Assembly (NCBI RefSeq): GCF_009914755.1
Contig: NC_060942.1
Origin: the human T2T-CHM13v2.0 reference genome, Homo sapiens
Reading direction: 5' to 3' (one strand)
Length of the DNA: 64,000 nt
Part shown: one piece after another, positions 26,106 through 39,639 of the stretch
How positions within the stretch are numbered: the first letter of the stretch is position 1
Layout: every line of letters begins with the position of its first letter
The notes under the pieces: generated by a model
Databases searched by the model: none
What the model was told of the DNA's origin: nothing
The model's input: the letters and a program-made list of their open reading frames with translations, nothing else
Program-made: the position numbers and the translations under genes

Positions 26106-28930
26106 CATCTTATGAGAAATTTAACAACTGCTCAAGAGTACGTAGTCAATGAAGGACTGAACTAGGGCCAGAGTTCAGTCTCTCAACTCTTAGTTTATTG
26201 TTCCTTTCACTGATATGATGCTGCCAAAATGTATATGTATTTATACATGGGAGTTCCTGATAATTACTGATAAAATCTGGAGTGATTGTGAGACATTTAT
26301 GTGAAACTGAATGCATTTCTTAAGGGAAATGAGGAACTCCCTGAGGCTCACACCATTCAGCTTGTGACAACAGAATTTATAATCGATGTACTTTGTATAT
26401 TGGGAATCAATCATCCCATATTTGTTTAATTCATTTTTAAAGGAAGCCAATTTTAGGAGCATTTTCAATATTTTTTATTGATGATACTTGAATTTTAACA
26501 AATAAATACACATCATGTACACACAATCAGGAGAGAATATAAACAGTGACAGGTGACAGGCCAGTTAGATTCTTGGTCAAACTGCAGAGATTTTCTCTCT
26601 GACAGAGGCTGAAAGGGTTTTATGGGTGAAACTGATGAGCATGTGAAGTTGCCAGGGGACATGGCTGTTCCCTCTAAGTTCAGCCCCAGAAGTTGCATTG
26701 CAGGTGTTTTCTAGATGGCCTACTTTCTCTCAATTACCCATCATGAATCTCTCGGTTATTAGAACTTTTGGAGGGATGAGGTAGTGGATGTCACCTAGAT
26801 TACCTCTTAATTGTATTGTTTTTCTTTTTTTATTCTTCTGTGAAGCAAATTTGCTTTCATTTGCTCTATGTTTTCTCTTTTGAGCATTAAGGAAGCTTTC
26901 TCTGGATACAAATGTCTGAGTGCTGGTGAAGAGGAGTATGTTTATTGATTTTCCAGTCCCTAGACTTGTCAGCCCTCATCTCCCCATTAGAGAACAAGTG
27001 TTATTAATCTGTCATTTTAAGACCATTGTTCCATCTCCTTGCTGATTTTACCTTTGGTTCTTCCCCTTCGTTATCTCTTGATTGAGACACAACATGCTCA
27101 ACAGCACATGGCGTTTCAGGTTAGGGCCAAGGATGATTTTGTAAAAACACTAGCTTCTCTCTTATATGTTGCCACTTTGCGATTTTGCCTATGGGACCTG
27201 CTCAGACCTGAAAGGATGGTATCATTGCCTTATAAGTACATTTTATTAACCCCCCCACCATAAATCAAAGCATTATCTTATGCAAGTAAGCTCTAATTTG
27301 ACTCTTTTATTTTTCTCACTCCATCACCCAAGAGTTTCCTGCTGTTCCCCTCTGTTTTTACATATGACCTTCTCTGTTTCATGGGGTGCTTCTTCCTCTA
27401 GTTCATTTCTATCAATCTCAGTATTGATTTTTCAGAAAGGCCATTGATGAAACTAGCAGAGATATGTCCCTTTCTCCCACCTTTTATTGCTGGCCTCTAA
27501 GTCAACTTCCTGTCTATGACAGAGAATCTCCTTTTTCCCTTGGAAATGCAATGTTTTAGTTATTTGTGGTTGATACTTTTTCTAAAGTTTTTGAAAGCTA
27601 CAGCGTTGACATCCTAGATTTTTTCCTGTGTACATGCTTATTGATTTGCATAAAGAAGACACACACACCCCAGGCTTTTTGGTTTAATATTGACAACAGC
27701 CCAGATTTAGTCCTAAGCTCTAGCACACACAGAAATGCAAATATGTGATTTGAGAGGTCCTTGATTTTTTCCCCAAGAATTACATCTTTTCTATGCCACC
27801 TAATTATGGAACTACTGTGTACTGTTCTATAGTCATAAGCAGAAGTCACTGGCCAAAGAAAAGATGCAGATATGTTATATGGAACTTGGAAGTTGTACTT
27901 TTGGATAAATATGCCTTCTTGGTAAAGATCAAGGGTAACAGGGAAGGGAAAGATTCCATGTAGGACTATGGGGAGGGGAGAATGCATCTGAAGCTCTCTC
28001 TAAGACATCAGCAGCTCCTTTGGGCAAAGAGAAACTGCCCCGACAGAAAGAAACATTTTTGGGTATTAGTTAAACATTGCCTGAATATTTGGATCTTGCT
28101 TTTTTCTCTCCTCCTCCAAGAACAAGTTTTAGTGGCCTGGGTTTAGAGAGCCACACGGGACCTAAGGAGGGAGGGGTTGTATTGACTTTCACTTGATTTA
28201 CTAAAGCAATTGAGTTTGTCGGGGGAAATGTGATCGTCTCCATCAGCTGTCGTGCTGAGGTTGCTCCTATCAGGCTGTCAGTAGCTTTCAGTTTCTGATC
28301 TTTCTCTCAAATTTGCTGTCTATTTGAAGAGGAGACGAAAGATGCTTTGGGTATCAAGAAGGGAGAACATTTTGAGCAGTTACCTGGGAATCCATTTATA
28401 GACTTTGATGCCCTGTCAGTTTTATTCGGATGGTGTGTAGTAACATAGAAGGGACAATAGTGCTTTCAAAGGTAATTTAGATTTCTCTCTTTAGGAATAA
28501 TTTTATTTATGAGGAACTGAGCATGAGTGGAACTAGGATGAGAAAGGGTGCTGGTGTGTAGGCAGGCTTCTTTCCTTGTTTATGGTGATATAGCTTAATT
28601 CAATATCATACAGTAGCAGTAATTGAAAGGATATTTCATTTATATAGCATCTGTCAGCCTGAAGTACTTTCAGAGTCTTCACAAACAGGAACTGCTTTCC
28701 TTCTCAGAAAAAAATGCTGCTAAGTTGAAGATGGAACTGAGGCAGGCTCCAGGAACCCTAACTAAATACAAAACTGAATGAACTATTGTGGTAAATGGGA
28801 GCAGGCGCTCTTCATTTTATGAGATAGATGAATTACTGAAAAAAATACACAGACATGGAGTTTCTTGGGGAAGTCAATTAAAAACAAAATCCCAGTACTG
28901 TAGTAGTTGGTCATTTAAAAGAAAATTGTT

Positions 28931-29239
<309 letters not shown>

Positions 29240-30129
29240 GAAAATTGTTCTCTAAGGAAAAAAAGGAAATAAGAAACAAAAGACTTCATGAAACATAAAT
29301 AAAGACCTTCTGATTTGTTTAGTTTTACTTATTTGGACTTGTATACATTAGTTTATTGGAGTTTTTTTTTTTTCTTCACAATAGGAGCAGAGCTATGCTT
29401 TAGAGATCAAAGATAAAATGTGGCACCAGAAGGTAATGTCCCAGATGTTAGGTGGAAAAATTTCTCAAGTGATTGAAAGAAGTTCATCCTCAGAGTGTAG
29501 AATCTTAGTTTCCGCTGGCTCCTGGGAAAAGCCATTCCTGATGGTCGTAAGAAATGGTGCCACTTCTCTTGGGCAGATAGGAGGGAAGGCTGCCTCCTTT
29601 CTGAACTGCTTCCTGAACTCCTCCAGCAGCAGGAGGCAGGGGTAGAGAGGGAAGGTATATTTTGGGGGGCTTGTCCAATGACTTCAGGAGACAGGATATC
29701 ACTTCTGATACATTTGCAAATTAATATGTCACCCGACAGCAGCTGGCTTGTTCCCTGTTGAATCTTTTATTTATGCACAACCTCCTAAGCTATGTCTCTG
29801 TATTTTATCTTGATGGGGACCCTGTGGAAGGTTCTCATTGTGTTAACTTTAGATGGCTGAGGCCATTAGCAGAGTGAAGAGAACAGGTGCTTGGAAGCCT
29901 GGCCTTGCTCATATAATAGTCTGTGCAGGCTCAAGACCTTATCTTTGCAGTATTTCCACTCACTTATGGTGTTGTTTATTCTGTTACAAACACTCCTAAG
30001 AAGGGAGCAGAATTGTTTATGGAAAGGCAAGCATGGAGTACTGTTTTAGTACTGTTTTAATTAGTAAAACTATCAGTCATGAAAGTGATCATTTAAATGT
30101 AAGAACAACTCCCCACTCAGAGAAACTGA

Positions 30130-30460
30130 TTTTTTTTTTTCCTTTTTAATTTTTTTTTTTTTTTTTTTTTTTGGAGACAGGATCTCACTCTGTCACCCAG
30201 GCTAGAGTGAACTGGCGTGATCATTGCTTACTGCAGCCTCGATCTCCTGGGCTCAGGTGATCCTCCCATCTCAGCCTCATGAGTAGCTTAGCCGGGACTA
30301 CAGGCGCACACCACTCCTCCTGGCTAATTTTCTGATTTTTTATAGAAACAGGGTTTTAACATGTTGTCCAGGGTGGTCTTGAATCCCTGGGCTCAAGTAA
30401 TTCACCCGCCTTGACCTCCCAAAGTGTGGGGATTACAAGTGTGAGCCACCGCACCCGGCT
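30130..30460 (-). mobile_element. AluJ
   Basis: Poly-T, then GAGACAGGATCTCACTCTGTCACCCAGGCT...CTGCAGCCTCGATCTCCTGGGCTCAGGTGATCCTCCC...GAGCCACCGCACCCGGC. Confidence 0.95.
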
Positions 30461-30529
30461 TCCTCCTGTTTTAAAACATGATTTAAAGTGTCTTATTTCT
30501 TTTAGATCTAATGGACTTTTTGACTCGTT

Positions 30530-30720
30530 TTAGTGACAGTGGATAAGAGGAGAAAAGGATCATGCAGAAGAAAACATGAGATTTGATCCTTTACCAAAAT
30601 AGCTTTGTGACCTGAGATTAATCATTTAACTTCCCCAGTCCTCAACTTTTCCCTCTGTAAAATGAAAGACAAAATGGTTGTTGGTATACTTTCCAGCTCA
30701 ACATCTCTAAGGTTCTAAAC
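30530..30720 (+). mobile_element. MIR
   Basis: AGCTTTGTGACCTG...CATTTAACTTCCC...CTCTGTAAAATGA. Confidence 0.65.
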
Positions 30721-31987
30721 TTTAAAGCTGCATAAAATTGATTTATTGAAATAACGTTTCCTTGCTCTGTGTTTCAGCAAGTACAAACATGCCCTCTTGA
30801 ATCTGACTTCTTTCAGTTTATTGAAGAATATAGAAAAAAATAAGACAGGATCTAAGTGATCATCCGAGCAGTATGTGGAAGATCACTCAGCAGAATTTAT
30901 TTCCAGGCTGTGTCCATTTAACTTAAATACTGTTGAAATTTATATTCCTATTTGGGTAGCAGTCCATCACCTCCCTGCGCTCTCGCTCCTGTTTTACTCT
31001 GCTTCTCTTCTTAAAAAACAAACAGTAAAAGATTTTATTTTCTGATGATTTTTCTGTCCTTATCTATGAACGGAGAAGGGAGTAGGATGGATATTGTGCT
31101 TTTAGTAAACGGAGTCTGTCCCAACCTGTGTGCATAGTAAACTCACTCCTCCCACATTCCTGAAATTTAGCAAAACCAACCATGACATGCCTGGTTTATG
31201 TTAGTTTTATTTCAGAAAGTACTTTTCCACACTGATTCCTCCTGATAAGGCCTGCCCGGGGCTGCTTTGCTGGCCCCGGGAGAGTCAGAAGTCATTGTGT
31301 GACAAGCTGTGTGATCCAATTCACTGGACAAACCCAGGAATGATGTCATTTACCCAGATCTATTCTTTAAACCAAATCCCCACCCATCATAAGATTTTTC
31401 TCACTTCTCCTTTGAATCCTGGTAGCTGCTGCACAGATTACAGTTCTGTGATCCCTGCAGGAAGAACAGGCTGTGTTTTATGTGGAAAAAAATAGCCACA
31501 TGCCCCCCTGTCAGTTTTTCTTGTGATTACTTTTGCTCCAGAAAGGAGAATTTGGGTACTTTTGGCCCAACTTAAAAAATAACACAACAACAATTAAAAA
31601 AAAAATCTCAACCAAATCAAACTGTTCGTCAAGAAGTACTATTCAGTTTTTTTTCTCTGCTGGGTACCTTGAAAGATAAAAGGCAACTCTAAGATACTGC
31701 TTCCAAAGTATTAGCACCACATGGACTCTCGTTTACAAAGATTTTGTTGCCAGAGCAGAAGGTATTTATTAGATAATCATACATTAATTTTCTCATGAGT
31801 TAAAACCAGCCAGACCTTCTGAGCCATGATAGCAAGTGCCGTCACACTGAGGTGCTGCAAACCCTCACAAACTGAGAACCTTACTCCTTTAGTTAACATG
31901 GGCAGCCTTATCCCCAGAAAATGTAAAACTTCACTGTGCTTTTTCAAGTATATTCCCAGGATTCCTTCACAGGCCTGTAAGGCATGG

Positions 31988-32150
31988 GATCTCAGTATTG
32001 GCTGCATGACAGAAATGCATGGGGAACTTTTTGAAGACCAAAATGCCTTGGTCTGACCCCCAGAGATTCTGTTTATTTGGTCTGGGAGGTGCTGCCTGGA
32101 TGTTGGGATTTTTAAGAGTTGTGTGGCCCAAGTTGAGAAGCACTGTCCTA
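31988..32150. mobile_element. MER5-family DNA transposon
   Basis: TTGGCTGCA...CCCCAGAGATTCTG...TTGGTCTGGG...AAGTTGAGAAGCACTG. Confidence 0.8.
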
Positions 32151-32477
32151 GGGGCTCAGGAATTGCTTGGCCAACCTTCTTGCTTTAGAGAAGCCTAAAC
32201 TTTGGGGAGATAAAAATGTACATTCCTTAAAAGAGTCCACCCTGAACGAACACAAAACCTAGATAAACTATGAGAGCAGTTGTCTATTTAAAAAAATTAT
32301 TAAAAATATGCTTTTTTCAGAAATGCTAATTGAATACCTGCTGTTCCCAATACTATTGTAGACCCTGGGAATACACAGGCTGAGCTGGTGAGGAGTCTGC
32401 CTGCCTGGAGTTTAGAGAAGTTCAAGGACAGTTAAGTTGACAATGGACTAGAGCTACTTTGCGTAAGAGGTGCGCTG

Positions 32478-32692
32478 AAGGCAGGATTTTGTCCTGCCCT
32501 CAATTCCAGGAGATATTTGGTAAAGTCTGGAGACATTTTTAATGTCACAGTTGGATCGGAGGCGCTCTTGTATCTAGTGGGTAGAGGCCAGGGATGCCAC
32601 TAAACACCCTCAAATGCACAGGTCAGCTCCCACGAAAAACAATGATTCAGTCCCAAATGTCAAAAGCACTGCATTTCGGAAAACCGTCCTAG
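32478..32692. mobile_element. MER20 (hAT-Charlie) DNA transposon
   Basis: ATTTGGTAAAGTCTGGAGACATTTTT...ATCTAGTGGGTAGAGGCCAGGGATGCC..TAAACA..AATGCACAGG..CCCAAATGTCAA match MER20. Confidence 0.9.
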
Positions 32693-33076
32693 TGGTAGAG
32701 AAAGAAGATGGGAGAAGGACTTTTTGCAGGAAAATTCTCTTACTGTAATGTTTCTTACTCCAACACAAAACACATACACACACATATATACATGCACACC
32801 CACACAGATAAAACAGACAAATCAGTGCATTGCTTTGTGGGCCTCACATCAGCCTCTGAGGAGACTTGCATCTCTCAGTGGTGGGGGACACATTCAGGGT
32901 TTCTAGACGTGTCCCAAACCACTCACTTTCCCTGAATTTTCAGCATTTAGGAGAAATTTCCATGGAGAAGAAGAATCGCTGTCTGGTCATCCATGCAATT
33001 TCCTGCTCAGTTTTAATAGCAGCTGGGCTTCTCCCTGTCTAAGGTTGAAACCAAAAGGCTGTATTTTCCTGTGGGG

Positions 33077-33078
33077 GC

Positions 33079-33109
<31 letters not shown>

Positions 33110-33125
33110 CAAGAGTGAGAGAGCG
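33077..33125. repeat. (GA)n microsatellite
   Basis: GAGAGA run with GC interruptions. Confidence 0.95.
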
Positions 33126-33299
33126 CTTACAAACGCCTCCCTGGACATTTAGAATTTCTAAATAGAATTTTGGCTCAAGTCTTGAAAAGCACAGAGTGAT
33201 GTCAGCTGAGGCGGCCGCTTAATTGCCCTAACTTCTTGGGGAGGGGTAAGGCAGGTATCATCTCTTCTTCTTCATGACCTCCTACTCAACTGTGGGGAA

Positions 33300-33520
33300 G
33301 GCATCCATCTGGAGCCAGAACCATGCACTTCAGTCCTGGTTCTGACACAGTTGGCTGTGCAGTTTCGGGCTCATCATTTCATTTCTGTCTGCCTCTGCTC
33401 CATTTTCTGTGATCTAACAATTCTGCTTTTGGGCTTTGGGTGAGGATTAGATTTAATTTGTATAAAGTACCTGATATATAATATAATAGATGTTTAATAA
33501 ATAGCAGCATTTAAAATTGT
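33300..33520 (+). mobile_element. MIR
   Basis: CTGGAGCCAGA...CAGTCCTGGTTCTGACAC...GTGAGGATTAGA...TTAATAAATAG. Confidence 0.75.
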
Positions 33521-34606
33521 TACCATCAGCAAAGGGGGAGTACAGGACTAGGAGATCCCCAATGTCCCATCCACTACAATACGCAAATACAGTGTCATGC
33601 TGGAAAATACAGAGGCTTGGCCTGCACGGAAATATGGGGAAAGGTCTTTGTGTTTATGTGAGAGAGAAGATATCCATGTCTGTGTATGTTCCAGATGATT
33701 TTTAGGTCCCATCGAATTCCCCCTTGCTGCAAGGAACAGCAGGAGCCAGAGCGTAAGGTAAACGTGTCTGTTGCCTGCCTGAGAAATGAAGTCAGAGCCG
33801 TGCCTGAGCCCACCATTCAGGGAGCAAACTGTGCACCCAACTTTGGTTCCGGGTCTTTGGTGGTAGAGCCAGCATAGGGTAGTTGCCAGAGCTGGCATGT
33901 GTACTTTTCCTGTTGCCCACCACCGCCTGGAGTACCTGGACCGGATGCCCACGTTCCTCCCCCTGCTGAGCAGGATGTGTTAATTGTCTTTTGCCCGGCC
34001 ACTTCCACCTCTCCTCTGCCTCCCCTCCATGCACACCACACAGACAAAGTAGGAATATGCTTTTTGATGTTGGCTGGTTTTAGAAGTTTGCCTCCCACCT
34101 TTTTTTCTCTTTCCAAAGGAGAACAACCTGAATACCACACACAGTGTTATCTAGCTCTGACTTTGAAGAGGAATTTCTCCCCTTAGGGCTCTATTCCTGG
34201 TATAGCATAATCTAGGAGAAAAAAAAAAAAGTTTATCCCAGGGAAGCCAAGTCAGCCGAGAGTTATTCAGAGTGTCTGACTGCTTGTTATATTTAGAAAC
34301 TACCCGGAGGAGAGCTTTGAGAATGCAAGAGCCTTCCAACTACGAGTGGTCCTGTTGGATTCTCCTTCTGGTTACATGGAGTGGCCAGATGAAGAAAGTC
34401 TCCCTGACTATTATTATTTGGGAATCATGGGATAAGAGAAAAAGCAGAAATGCAGCTATAGAGTGTGACAGCCGTAGAATTAAAATCTAGGGTCTCCAAA
34501 TTATTGTGTCCAAACCTCCCCTTTTGCAGATGCATGTGCTGAATGAGCCGTCATTGGTCTGCTGAACCTCAGTTTTTTTATCTATAAAATGAGGCAGCTG
34601 GGTGGA

Positions 34607-34790
34607 ATCAGTGTTCTAAACCTTTGCTGCACATTAAGATTATCTGGGGAGTTTGTTAATAATAGAGATGCTGGGGCCACACAACCAGAGATTCTGATTG
34701 AAAAGGCCTGGTGCACACTGAGCACCGGCATATTGCCAGTGCCCCTCCTCAGGGGAATTCTAATTTCCAGCCCTGGTTGACATCACTGGG
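34607..34790. mobile_element. MER5B-like DNA transposon inserted in a MIR
   Basis: CAGTGTTCTAAACCTTTGCTGCACATTAAGATTATCTGGGGAG...CCAGAGATTCTGATT; preceded by the MIR core CCTCAGTTTTTTTATCTATAAAATGAGG. Confidence 0.8.
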
Positions 34791-34794
34791 CCAG

Positions 34795-34985
34795 ATCAGT
34801 GCTTCTCAAAGTGTGGTCTCAGGACCAGAAGCAGCAGCATTACCTGGGAACTTGTTAGAAACGCCTATACTTGGACCCCACCCCAGACATACTGAATTAG
34901 AGACTTGGGTGGTGGGGACCCCCTGTGTGTTCTATTAAGCTCTCCAGGTGGTTCTTATGCATGAGACAGTTTGAAAAGAACAATA
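34795..34985. mobile_element. MER5A DNA transposon
   Basis: CAGTGCTTCTCAAAGTGTGGTC...CAGCAGCATTACCTGGGAACTTGTTAGAAA...CCCCACCCCAGAC..ACTGAAT...CCAGGTGGTTCTTATGCA. Confidence 0.92.
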
Positions 34986-35879
34986 GATTGGATAACTTTT
35001 TAAGGGGTGCCTACTAGGTTTCAAACATAATCCTATAAACAGCCTAGATAGGGTACAAGATCAAGCCAAGGCCACACAGATGGATAAATATGTAGGGGAG
35101 CCCTTACCAGAATCCAGGCTTTTTGAACTGCTATCCAGAACTCTTTTAATTATCCAATTAGGAAGATGTTTAGGATTCATGGCATGTCATTCCAGTCTCT
35201 CTTTCTCTCTCTTCCCCTCCCTCTGTTGAGCTTCTTGTGGGCCAAAGGATTGTGGAGGACATGTTATTTTTAGTTCATGATATACTTACAGTACAGAATA
35301 TGTTAATTGCAAAAAGAAATTGTTCTTTAATTCTTAGCCATTAACAAGGGGTTAGTCAGAGTTGGACTATTGGCCGCTTCTTTGGTTTCTGTAACTACTG
35401 TGACTGAACAGATTTTTTGGAGGTTGGTTGGCAGGTAAATGTAAAGATAATAACAGCCTGCAGAGTATGAACAGGGGAGGGCTAAATAAGAGGGGGAATG
35501 GGGACACCAGCAGCACCTTTCCCTTGGGACACAACTGTAACCCTTTTAGCTCTTCTAAAATAGCTAAGATTGCAGCCATTGTACGGCATTTTGTAAAATT
35601 CACTGTCTGTGATGGATACAGCTGTATTCTTAAACAGAAATGACTTTTAGGACTGAATTTTTGATGCACTAAGAGATCATTTTATTTAGTTGTCCTAGAG
35701 ATAAATGCTGCACCCCACCACCAAGAGGTGGAACTGGGACTAGAAGCTTGCTCTTCTCATGCTCAGGCTGAGGTACTGGAGTCGGAAAGAGCAGAGGGGA
35801 CTTCCAGGAAGATATGGTCGTGTACAAAACTTGGGAGATTACTGGAGGCAATGAGATCGTAATTCAGAGGCTCCCAGGG

Positions 35880-36010
35880 CTGACAGAAGGAGTTTTAGAC
35901 ATTGCCCAGCACATCTCTCATTTTATAGAAGAGGATTTTGAAGTTTGGATGAGGAAAGTAACCTGCTGGGAAGTCACAAAGGGTTGCAATGACCCCAGCC
36001 CTCTTGGTGT
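35880..36010 (-). mobile_element. MIR fragment
   Basis: CTCATTTTATAGAAGAGGA...AGTAACCTGC...GTCACA. Confidence 0.6.
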
Positions 36011-37759
36011 CGTTCTTACCCAGTGCTGTCCCTAACATATCACCTCATTGTCTAAAGTCACTCAAATAAACAACAGGAAGATTTGCTGGACCTCCTACCT
36101 TCACATACCACTGCAGGCTCTTCAATAAATGGTATTGGGTAGGGATGTGACTTGGGATCGTGATTCATTTTGTTTAGGGATGACTATTGGTGGCAAAATG
36201 TGTCTTAGGATCTGAGATTTGTATGTGATAATTCTTCCTTGGGTTATCAAGCAGGAAACATTCATGGATGCAAGACATTCTACCTAATATTATAGACGAG
36301 GCTCAGATGCGGTGGAGGATCAAGGCTTACCCAGATTTGAAAATGTGGCAGAGGCCCTCCCCTCTAGTTTCAAGAAAAATATGATTCCTGTGCTCCAGAA
36401 AAGTAAGTTGATAAAGTGCTGCTTCTACCTAAGTGCAATAAATCTAGTATAAAATAGCAGTGTCTTATGAGGGGATGTTATTGTGAATAAGGTCACTGCT
36501 TGCCATAGTCAATGGTCTACCAGTTCCATGGATATTTTCCCACTCCTCTCTTTCTCTTTTTCTTGAAATACCATGACTTATTAAAATGCCACAGTGATGG
36601 TGATGAGCCCTGAAATAGCATGGGTGGTCTCTTAGTTGTTCGGTCTCAGGTTCCTTTTAGATCCTCATAGTGTCAGGAACCCTGACCAGTTTATAATTCA
36701 CTCATTGCTACTTGGCACATCGAACACCAAGTCTTCTTCCTCATAGCCTGAGTCTCCTTCGGTAGCTATAGCTGTTATTAGAAGTAGAGTGGGAGTGATT
36801 GAGCGGTTTTAGATCAGGTTTACTGACTAAGAGTAGCAGGGGAAACTGTGTCTCATTCTGCCCACCTATTGATTCTGGGGTTTCTAAACTCATCTACTGG
36901 TTACATCCAGGGTGATTATTATCTGATGAAAACCTGAAGAATGTTTTTAAGGTGGAAAAGGCTACAGATAACAGGTGTATTTTTAAAAGCCTGACAAGAA
37001 TACGTGTATTTTATGTATTTTATACATACAATGTTTTATGCTAACCCTCAAATTTTGAACATTTAAAATCATTGCTTAGAAAATCACCATACAGATACAA
37101 AAGCATACATACATACACATGTGGCCTTGCCTTGTTAAATAGAACTCAGTCAACATAAGCTCTTCTCTCTCTAATTGTTAGAGAGTAACACAGAGATATT
37201 GTCAGTCTTTAAAAATGGGTAGAGCAGTTTGGCCCTACACTAAACATCCCTAGACTATGATTTTACATTGGTTCCTGTGCTGTCTTTTTATATCATTTGA
37301 GTTTTCTTTCTCACTGTGAAGATGCTAGTTCTTCTCCTTTTCCACTGTTAATAAACATAACCAGCTCTTTCACCAAACTAACCTTCCAATTTGTGCTTCT
37401 AATCTGCTGTGGATGGGATACGACATAATCAAGCTGGTGAAAAATGTGCTGAATGTTGGAGCAAACTGATCCCGAATTAAGACTCAAGTAGATCTTCTAT
37501 AATGGAGTTCTCTTTCCACAGATTTTTCATTTTCAGTCAGCTCAGTGAATTTATTTATCGGGTATTTGCAAAATGAACATCAATATTTTATGTATTGAAT
37601 TTCCCTTAGGATTATGATTCCTTCCAGAGTCACAGAGGAAATGGGAAAAGAATTATATATATGACTGAATTAAGTAAAGTTTTAGAGCTAGAACGGTTCC
37701 TGCCTATTGCGCTAGGAGAGACCTCCAGGATAATCTAGAATTATCTAGTGGTAATCTAG

Positions 37760-37935
37760 ACCAGTGCTTGTCCATCCTCACTGAATGCACGTAAGAATGA
37801 CCTGGGGAACTATTAAAATACCAATGCCTGTTTCCCTCCTAAAGAGATGCTTATCTGGGGTGGAGCCCCACAATCTGTATTTGTTAAAAGCTCTTTATGT
37901 GATTCCAACTGCAGCATGAGTTGAGAATCAGGCAT
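37760..37935. mobile_element. MER5-family element nested in an antisense MIR
   Basis: CTAGACCAGTG...AGAATGACCTGGGGA...GTTGAGAATCA, followed by the MIR motif TTACAGATGAATAGTCTGAGGCCCAGGG. Confidence 0.8.
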
Positions 37936-39639
37936 CTCATACAAGTCTCTCACATTACAGATGAATAGTCTGAGGCCCAGGGAGTGGAAGTGACAGGCAA
38001 TACAGCATTGTCTATGCCCACAGTCAGCAGCAATCCCTGCACATGGCAGAATACTGTTATGATAGCCTTCTTTCAATGTAGGGTTTCCCTGTCTAAACAG
38101 CTCCTATTCCTTCAGCTTTTTCTCAAGTGACATGATTTCAGAACTTGGCCAGCACATGCAAGCCTGCTACACACACACGCGCACACACATGCATACACAC
38201 ACATACACACACCACTTTTATCAACTGTGGGATGCTCTACTGTAGCAAAATAATAATCTCTACTTTATTTTGTCTCTCTCTCTTCTCCCTTATCCCCTTT
38301 TCCCTTCTGGACTTCCGCCTACCTGAAGGGGGGTAAATGAGGCCTCAGGAATGCACTTGCTCAATATTGTTCTCTGAACTTGATCTGCCAGTGATGTATT
38401 AATTAGCTGGGGCACTGCACCTTAACGAACAGGTTACAGGCAGATCCTGGTGTGTGTTAATGCTTAACCAGAGATGTTCAGCAGTGGTCTCATTTGTGGC
38501 CTCAATGTAAAGAGAGAACTGTTCTTATTGTATTTTTATAGATGTTTTCTTACTTGTAAGTGTTGACGTATTGGTTTCAATGCCATATGTCAGCATATTT
38601 GCTATATGTTGTCTCACATATGTTTAAATTTTTGAATAATAGCACTTTCTGTGTAAGTTATAACTCCTAAGCTTCAATTTATACATGTTTTTCTCCCATG
38701 CATGTGTAACTGTGTATGGCATAGCTTTCACTCTGTCATTACATGTTTTAAATTTACCTTAAAATCAATGAATGTCATGTATTTTGCATTAATCGCAGAG
38801 CAATATGATACTGCTAGCTGTCATGACTTATTCTCTGTTAACCATGATGAAAAGCACCAAGCCACTACCCTGTCCCTACCCCTGGTGTAGCCTGGTGAGA
38901 GGTGGCCCCATCCAGGCTGAGTCACAGATGCAGGTTCAGGATCTCTTAGAATTCTCTTGGCGAAAATGGTAGCTCTCTCTTGCGCCACCTCCCAGCTGCA
39001 AAACAGAGTCCTGCTCTTTCCTTGAACCCAGTACTCTGGGGGCTGATGTTAATGGAGGACAGGTAGAAAACAGAAAGTGCATGAACCTCCAGGTGCGCCA
39101 TGGAGAGAGCTCATTCCCACAGCAATTAGAGATTTTTTTTTTCTTTTCTTGAGAACACAGCATATTTTGCCCACAATTATACTTTTGCATTGACTTCCCA
39201 AACTCTCTTTCTCTTTAGCAGTCCACCTCTCTGATCTCATCTCAAATCCAGAGCCATCCTGTTCCGGAAGATAACCCAGGTTGTCATAGAGCTTGGCAGG
39301 TGGATTCATGTTGGGCTTGCTCTTGATGCTGGTGTCTTATGAACACATTCCCTGACATCTAAGCAGTCACCTGTTCTACTAAAAGCATATAGGATCCATT
39401 TGTGGACCCAAACGCTATGGATGCTTTTAGGCCAGGAAATATACACAGAGACACAAAGTGTTATATGCAACATCTGGAGATTCATAGACCCTCTTAGGAG
39501 GACCATAATCACAAAATAAGAATCCTTGGGTGCAGGGATGGACTGTTCCCTCCCAAGAAATAACATAATGTTGAGAACATGTAGACTTTCAAGACATAGT
39601 TGCTGAAACCATAACAAAAAAAATGGTGTTCAAAAATCA

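Noticed and set aside
35717-35737. CCACCAAGAGGTGGAAC as a CTCF site
   Set aside because: Several mismatches at core positions.
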